Below the pieces are notes generated by a model, which made no database searches, was not told where the DNA came from, and worked only from the letters and a program-made list of their open reading frames with translations. The translations under genes were made by a program, and so were the position numbers. Source: a virus (lineage: Duplodnaviria > Caudoviricetes). From it: 52,217 bases of DNA. This document shows, piece by piece, positions 46,975-52,217 of this stretch. The stretch lies in the IMG/VR virus record IMGVR_UViG_3300045284_000036, positions 1 to 52,217 of that record. The stretch is one strand, 5' to 3'. The first letter of the stretch is position 1; the number at the start of each line of letters is the position of its first letter.

Positions 46975-47076
46975 ATGGCGAAAAAGTCCAAGCCCGCAAA
47001 ACCAAAGAAAGTTGTGTGGACTGCTGCGATGAAAGAGAAGCTAAGAAAGATGAAAGAGAGGGCAGCAAAGAAATGA
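46975..47076 (+). CDS. 33-aa highly basic peptide
   Basis: AAGGA SD; MAKKSKPAKPKK...; ATGA coupling to the next gene. Confidence 0.5.
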   Translation: MAKKSKPAKPKKVVWTAAMKEKLRKMKERAAKK

Positions 47077-47951
47077 GCAAAAAGACCAAGCCAAATCCCA
47101 CACCCAAGCAGGAAGGCCGGTCACCCAAAGTGGTCGCAACCTACTTCCTAGCCAAGCATTCCGGCTTGTTCCAACCGGGTCAGCCATTTATTCTGTCTCA
47201 TACGTTATCGTCCGCTAAAACTGGAAAAACAAAAACGCTTTCTATGGATAATATTCGCTATCCTAGAGGTAAGTCTCAGGGTGGAGGGGGAAGTGGTGGC
47301 GGTGCTTTGCCTGTCATAATAAGTAATCCTGCATTTCGATCTTTGACCAGTACGACATATGCCGTGCGGAGTTCTACTGCTGTTACGGTGCCTGCGGGCG
47401 TAGTTGATGGCGACATTCTGATTGCGATGTTTGTAGCAAACCGTATTGCTGCTTCGACTACGCTTAATGCTCCTGCCGGATGGACACTGATTGACAGCAG
47501 CCGGGTCAAGGACAGCACAGGACTGACGTGTGACGCTGCCATTTACTGGAAACGGGCGTTAGGTGAGACTGGCAGCTATACTTTCACTAACACATCGGCC
47601 AGCACTCAATTGGTGGTACTGGCCTATTCAGATAATGTCGCAGCAGGGTCACCAATTGCATCTTCATCTAAAAATTTTACTACTGATCCGACTTCTTCTG
47701 GGGTGACAGCCAGTGCTTTTGCAGTGACGACGCCAGCTAACAATGCGTATGTAATTTATCTGTCGCATAACTGGGTGAACAGTGGTGCGCTAGTGCCGCC
47801 AACTGGAATGACAGAACGGTTTGATAGTTTCATCTACGTGTCAGATCAGTTGGTTGTTACAGCAGGAAGCATTGGACCGTTTTTCCAAGTTAGCGGCAAT
47901 GCCGCCGCGCAGCCATGGGCGGCTTATGTCGTTGCGTTGAAGCCAGCGTAG
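47073..47951 (+). CDS. Virion-associated beta-rich protein
   Basis: Basic N-terminus, GGGGSGGG linker, then VPAGVVDGDILIA...APAGWT...YWKRA domain. Confidence 0.7.
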   Translation: MSKKTKPNPTPKQEGRSPKVVATYFLAKHSGLFQPGQPFILSHTLSSAKTGKTKTLSMDNIRYPRGKSQGGGGSGGGALPVIISNPAFRSLTSTTYAVRSSTAVTVPAGVVDGDILIAMFVANRIAASTTLNAPAGWTLIDSSRVKDSTGLTCDAAIYWKRALGETGSYTFTNTSASTQLVVLAYSDNVAAGSPIASSSKNFTTDPTSSGVTASAFAVTTPANNAYVIYLSHNWVNSGALVPPTGMTERFDSFIYVSDQLVVTAGSIGPFFQVSGNAAAQPWAAYVVALKPA

Positions 47952-47967
47952 GATGGGATAATCCGGC

Positions 47968-47996
47968 TTGTTCCTGCCGGGTACCCCGCTTATACT
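47968..47996 (+). promoter_or_regulatory. Possible promoter TTGTTC-N17-TATACT
   Basis: Spacing and -10 match, in an intergenic gap. Confidence 0.4.
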
Positions 47997-48038
47997 GGCC
48001 CACACCCTTCCTATGCAAAAGTCGAAGGAAAAGCCAAA

Positions 48039-48278
48039 ATGACCAAGTTTTGCGGATTTAACGCCTTTGGTGATAGCGCGGGCGACGATCTATCAAGACA
48101 GAGCACTGAATGGAAGGGTCGCGGAGTGCTGCCCAAAGGCAAACTCAAGAACGTCCCCAGCGAGACAGCTAACATTTCTGGTGGCAACCGCCGTCTGGCT
48201 AAATCCAAGTATGGTCACGGTGGCAGTCTCGGCACCAGCTATCGCGGTCCCAACGCACTTAGCAGGGGAAAGAAATAA
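48039..48278 (+). CDS. Small basic hypothetical protein
   Basis: AAGGA SD; Gly/Lys/Arg-rich. Confidence 0.6.
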   Translation: MTKFCGFNAFGDSAGDDLSRQSTEWKGRGVLPKGKLKNVPSETANISGGNRRLAKSKYGHGGSLGTSYRGPNALSRGKK

Positions 48279-48695
48279 GTGCTGTATCGTAAAGGCGGTT
48301 CCTCAACACGTATTAACACCCAGTACGACGAGGTTTACGCTGACTTTATCGATGGCGCTACCGGGTGGCTGGCTATCAACAAAGGCGACTGGATTGCGGT
48401 CAATGTTTGCCGCGCGTCCATCATCTTCGATAACCCTGCGACTTCAGTCGTTCTGAAAGCAACTACAGCCCCAGAAGTGCAAATGCTTTTGGAGTTGAAG
48501 ATGTTTGGTGGCGATGTTGATGGTGCGGCCTATCCAATCGACCAATGGCAGAATACGGTAGTTGCTACTGGTCTGCGCGGTCATCGTTCAGGATGGGTTC
48601 GTTTACGCATTCTCAATATTAATAACATCGATGGCACGGGTGTTGCCATGGCGCTGCAAATTTCACGTACCGGGGATAGCGGGGCCGCAACATGA
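48279..48695 (+). CDS. Putative virion protein
   Basis: 138-aa beta-rich ORF; GTG directly after the previous TAA. Confidence 0.6.
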   Translation: MLYRKGGSSTRINTQYDEVYADFIDGATGWLAINKGDWIAVNVCRASIIFDNPATSVVLKATTAPEVQMLLELKMFGGDVDGAAYPIDQWQNTVVATGLRGHRSGWVRLRILNINNIDGTGVAMALQISRTGDSGAAT

Positions 48696-49321
48696 GTGGG
48701 TTTGACACGTCACGCAACTCGTCCGGTACTTACTTCCAAGCAAAACAGTTTGGCTCTATTTTGCGTGGCTACGGTCCACCCGTTCCGCAGGCGGGCGTTG
48801 TCGGTGATATGTACATCGACGTAATGAGTTGGCAGCTGTACGAAAAACGCGATCTGAATGGACTTGATGACTGGGGCCACTATCTTTTCGTGGTACCGGC
48901 ACTTTATCGATCATCCCTGAAATGGTATGGCCCGGCAGCACCCAGCAATTCTATCGGTGTTGCAGGAGATTATTTCATACAATGGGCTGGCTTCCCGAAT
49001 TACGGGATGCAGCCCATGATATGGGGGCCGAAGGAATGGACTGGCTGGCCTGAAAACGGTGATGGTTCTGATACCGTTATTGCGGCCATGCATCCCGAAG
49101 TGCATCAGCTTGGCATGACGGATGAAGGCCCGGACAAGGTAGATATGGGCCTTACCCAACTGATCGCTGTTGGTCTCTTCGATGAATACAATATCCCCGT
49201 CATCGTTACTGCAAATCCGGGTGACCCCGTGTTGCGTCTTGGCACGCAGAGTTCCGGGCAACTGGTTACAATCGTCATCAATTCGCTGTACACCGCAGAA
49301 GATGAACATGCGTTATTGTAA
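48692..49321 (+). CDS. Putative tail protein
   Basis: Repeated G.G.P....G..GD.YI modules typical of fibre-associated proteins. Confidence 0.7.
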   Translation: MSGFDTSRNSSGTYFQAKQFGSILRGYGPPVPQAGVVGDMYIDVMSWQLYEKRDLNGLDDWGHYLFVVPALYRSSLKWYGPAAPSNSIGVAGDYFIQWAGFPNYGMQPMIWGPKEWTGWPENGDGSDTVIAAMHPEVHQLGMTDEGPDKVDMGLTQLIAVGLFDEYNIPVIVTANPGDPVLRLGTQSSGQLVTIVINSLYTAEDEHALL

Positions 49322-50292
49322 TGGTTTATAACCCGTCATCTGATTTTGTAGGTTTGTGGCGCACCATTACTGGCGGCGTTGTCAAGGCTGAAATGCCGGG
49401 GCTGGATTTTGTCGTGGCCGCACTTGGCCGCGCCGGTCTTATCACGGTGGTATTTTCTGCTACGCCGCCTACGTTGAACCAACCTACGACTGCGTGGTTT
49501 CAAACTGCTGTACCAAGTTATGCGGCAGAAGGTGCGCTGTATCTATGGAATGGCGACACTAACAGTTACCAGCCAGCCACGCCTGATTTGTTCGTTCAAT
49601 ATTTTGCGTTAGCCAAGCACCAGACTATCTTCGCTACAACGGGTGGACCGCCATTAGACAGCGTAGGTTCAGATAACGACTACGCTTTCAGAATGGATGA
49701 ACCGGGTGGCATCTACGGTCCCAAAGTAGGCGGCCACTGGCCTTCTACGCCGCTGCCGGGCACGTCGAATGCTGACATTAGCAAAGCACTGGATTTTCTT
49801 GGTACTACGCAAGGCGGCGTTCTTTATCGCGGTGCAACAGGGTGGACAGTGTTGCCACCGGGTACAGCTGGCTACGTGTTACAGACGCATGGCCCCGGTA
49901 CAGATCCGACGTGGGCGCTTGCAACTGGGCCAACAGGCGCGCAAGGCGTCAAAGGTGACAAAGGCGATAAAGGTGATCCCGGCATTCAAGGTCCGCAGGG
50001 CATACAAGGTATTCAAGGCCCCGGTGGAACTGGACCGCAGGGACCAATAGGTCCGCAGGGTATTCAGGGCTTAAAAGGCAACACAGGCAATACAGGCGCA
50101 CAGGGGCCACAGGGCATTCAGGGGCCAGCTGGTGGCGTTGTGACCACGGTTGGCGCAGTCGGTACCTATCGCATAGTCAACTTCCCCGGACCGCCTTGGT
50201 ACGCGGGTACTTGGATTGAAGTTGACAGGTTTACCATAAATCCGGGGTTCGGAGATCCTATATATTACTATTTCATTCTTCGCGTAGCTTAA
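49321..50292 (+). CDS. Second collagen-like fibre protein
   Basis: Uninterrupted GXY tract (GPTGAQGVKGDK...), LPPGTAGYVLQT motif. Confidence 0.8.
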   Translation: MVYNPSSDFVGLWRTITGGVVKAEMPGLDFVVAALGRAGLITVVFSATPPTLNQPTTAWFQTAVPSYAAEGALYLWNGDTNSYQPATPDLFVQYFALAKHQTIFATTGGPPLDSVGSDNDYAFRMDEPGGIYGPKVGGHWPSTPLPGTSNADISKALDFLGTTQGGVLYRGATGWTVLPPGTAGYVLQTHGPGTDPTWALATGPTGAQGVKGDKGDKGDPGIQGPQGIQGIQGPGGTGPQGPIGPQGIQGLKGNTGNTGAQGPQGIQGPAGGVVTTVGAVGTYRIVNFPGPPWYAGTWIEVDRFTINPGFGDPIYYYFILRVA

Positions 50293-50304
50293 AGGAAAGC
50301 GGTC

Positions 50305-50601
50305 ATGACCTATCAACCCAGCACTGACTTTGTTGGTTTGTTCCGCGCTGTGACGGGCGGTGCCCAAAAGGGTGAAATGCCCGGTCTTGACTTCATGGTG
50401 TCTGCGCTCAAGCGTTCTGGCATCCTGAACGTTTCGATTGCCGGTACGCAGCCAACATCCAATCAGGCGAAGACGGCTTGGTTTCGCCCGGCAACGCCAA
50501 GCTATTCTGCGGAAGGTACGCTGTATCTTTGGGATGCAACGGGTTCTGCTTATGTTCTCGCCACTCCGAAACTGTTCTACACGTATCTGCAAGCCCAATA
50601 G
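50305..50601 (+). CDS. Stand-alone paralogue of the N-terminal domain of 49321..50292
   Basis: Shared DFVGL.R, EMPGLDF.V.AL.R.G, TAWF, PSY.AEG.LYLW and ATP.LF motifs. Confidence 0.8.
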   Translation: MTYQPSTDFVGLFRAVTGGAQKGEMPGLDFMVSALKRSGILNVSIAGTQPTSNQAKTAWFRPATPSYSAEGTLYLWDATGSAYVLATPKLFYTYLQAQ

Positions 50602-50613
50602 GAGGTAACTCGT

Positions 50614-52217
50614 ATGGGTGGTGATGGCGGTGACGGCGGCGACGGCGGCGACGGCGACGGCGACGGCGACGGCGATGATGGCGGCCCCGGCGCACCCGGT
50701 GGTGATACTGGTGGTGATACCGGTAGCTCTACTTCAAGCGACAGTAGTACCAGTAGTACGGCTGCGGCTGAAGGCTCATTAGGCAGCCCCGGCAGTCTCG
50801 GTACGGCGGCTGAAGGTGACGCAGCAGCGAACGCTGCGCAGGCTGCGGCTGAAGGTGCTTTAGGCAGCCCCGGTAGCCTTGGCACCGCAGCTGAAGGCGA
50901 AGCTGCGGCTAATGCTGCACAAGCTGCGGCTGAAGGCGCGCTAGGCAGCCCCGGTAGCCTTGGCACCGCCGCTGAAGGCGAAGCTGCGGCGAACGCGGCT
51001 ACGGCTACGGCTGCCAGCATTGGCGAAGGTATTGGCGAGGCAGCGTTAAGCGCGGCTGACGAAGGTCAGGCTGCGATGGCTGCGCTTGCAGCACAAGTTG
51101 GCATCACCGCAGAAGTATCCAGTCTGGGGCTATTTGGTATTGCTGAAAGTCCTGCGACTACCACTGCTAACGTTAGTGTTGCTCAAGCACCAAGTGAAAC
51201 GCAAACTGACGTATCGGAAGTAGCTGTAGCACCACAAACAGAAACACCGACTGAAGCAAAACCGACAGAAGCAAAACCGGCTGAAGTAACGGTAGCGCCG
51301 CAAGCACCGGTAGCATTATCGCCAGTAGCACCAGTAGCGGAATTTACGCATAACATAACAACACCTGTAACCGTTACTGAACCATCACCGCAGGCTCCTG
51401 TAGGCATACCCGGTGTTCCCGGCACTCAAAACGCGCCTGCCAATGTTTCTGTGCCCGGTACTCAAAATGCGCCTGCTAGTTTGGCTGCGCCTGCACTTGG
51501 AATGTCTTCCGTAACTGACAGCACGCTTGGCGAAGCTGCACAGACCGCTGCGGCCAATCTTGGCTATTCCGGTCCCGTTGGTTCTACCAGTGCTACGTTT
51601 GGTCCTGATCTGGGCATTGCCGTTCCGGGTGTTGGTCCTTTTGGCAATCTCGGAAAAGGTGTTGGTGTTATTGGCAATAGAAGCGGCATTGCAACTTCGG
51701 TAGAACAAGCTCGTTCTGCCATGCCGGGCGCGATTAGCGCGACACAACCAAATATCACTGTTGAGGTACAGAAGGCTCTTGATAAGCTTGCAGAAGTACC
51801 TTTTGCAAAATCAATACCAACAATTTCAGTAAAACCTACTGATCCAACAGCGCCTGTTGCGCCGCCTGCGCCTGTTGCGCCGCCCGCGCCTTCGCCTGCG
51901 CCTTCGCCTGTAGCACCGCCAGCACCAGAAGCACTAGCTCCACCGACTAATATGACGGTTTCGCCTAAAACCAGTCCTAACATTTCGATTGTTGGGCCAA
52001 CGGCACCCGTTACTTTTTCACCGCCACCTATATCTACAGAACCGTTAGCACCACCTACGCCAACACCGACGCCTACGCCAACACCGACGCCTACGCCAAC
52101 ACCGACGCCTACGCCTACGCCTACGCCTACGCCTACGCCTACGCCTACGCCTACGCCTACGCCTACGCCTACGCCTACGCCTACGCCTACGCCTACGCCT
52201 ACGCCTACGCCTACGCC
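50614..52217 (+). CDS. N-terminal part of the low-complexity protein continuing across the window end (not in ORF track)
   Basis: GGAGG at 50601-50605, ATG 50614, no in-frame stop seen to the window end; Gly/Asp tract, Ala-rich repeats, Pro-rich region. Confidence 0.85.
   Translation, partial: MGGDGGDGGDGGDGDGDGDGDDGGPGAPGGDTGGDTGSSTSSDSSTSSTAAAEGSLGSPGSLGTAAEGDAAANAAQAAAEGALGSPGSLGTAAEGEAAANAAQAAAEGALGSPGSLGTAAEGEAAANAATATAASIGEGIGEAALSAADEGQAAMAALAAQVGITAEVSSLGLFGIAESPATTTANVSVAQAPSETQTDVSEVAVAPQTETPTEAKPTEAKPAEVTVAPQAPVALSPVAPVAEFTHNITTPVTVTEPSPQAPVGIPGVPGTQNAPANVSVPGTQNAPASLAAPALGMSSVTDSTLGEAAQTAAANLGYSGPVGSTSATFGPDLGIAVPGVGPFGNLGKGVGVIGNRSGIATSVEQARSAMPGAISATQPNITVEVQKALDKLAEVPFAKSIPTISVKPTDPTAPVAPPAPVAPPAPSPAPSPVAPPAPEALAPPTNMTVSPKTSPNISIVGPTAPVTFSPPPISTEPLAPPTPTPTPTPTPTPTPTPTPTPTPTPTPTPTPTPTPTPTPTPTPTPTPTPTPTPT
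50761..51000 (+). repeat. Three 81-bp (27-aa) imperfect tandem repeats
   Basis: AAAEG(S/A)LGSPGSLGTAAEG(D/E)AAANAA units starting at 50761, 50842, 50923. Confidence 0.85.
52054..52217 (+). repeat. Pro-Thr repeat ending in perfect (CCTACG)n
   Basis: CCTACGCCAACACCGACG x3, then pure CCTACG repeats to the end. Confidence 0.95.

Noticed and set aside
6413-50601. Genome-wide stop-codon reassignment
   Set aside because: Core genes are intact under the standard code, and TAG, TGA and TAA all end genes at sensible positions.

Overview
The window looks like an essentially complete, circularly permuted genome of a tailed dsDNA phage, podovirus-like because it has P22 gp4/gp10-type tail genes and ejection proteins. 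The assembly breaks inside a (CCTACG)n Pro-Thr-coding microsatellite present at both ends. A GcrA homologue points to an alphaproteobacterial host. Recognisable genes: large terminase, portal, GroES-like protein, major capsid, adaptor and tail hub, ejection proteins (one with a lysozyme-like domain), family A DNA polymerase, SSB-like protein, Cas4-like nuclease, SF2 helicase, primase-helicase, 2OG-Fe(II) oxygenase with an HD-like partner, SprT-like protease, collagen-like fibres, three tandem C1q-domain proteins and an amidase endolysin. I saw no integrase, tRNA or CRISPR array. The most unusual content is non-coding. A ~6 kb block of small genes (23.7-30.0 kb) is bracketed by two arrays of a 17-bp palindrome (TGGTATACWGTATACCA) and punctuated by five copies of a covarying GAAA-tetraloop two-hairpin element. 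Other signals: an AAAAGCATGCTTTT palindrome family partly embedded in the primase CDS, two further operator-like motif families, apparent absence of GANTC despite GcrA, a probable ATT start for the major capsid gene, and a scrambled head-gene order. All product calls come from motif recognition by eye, with no database search.
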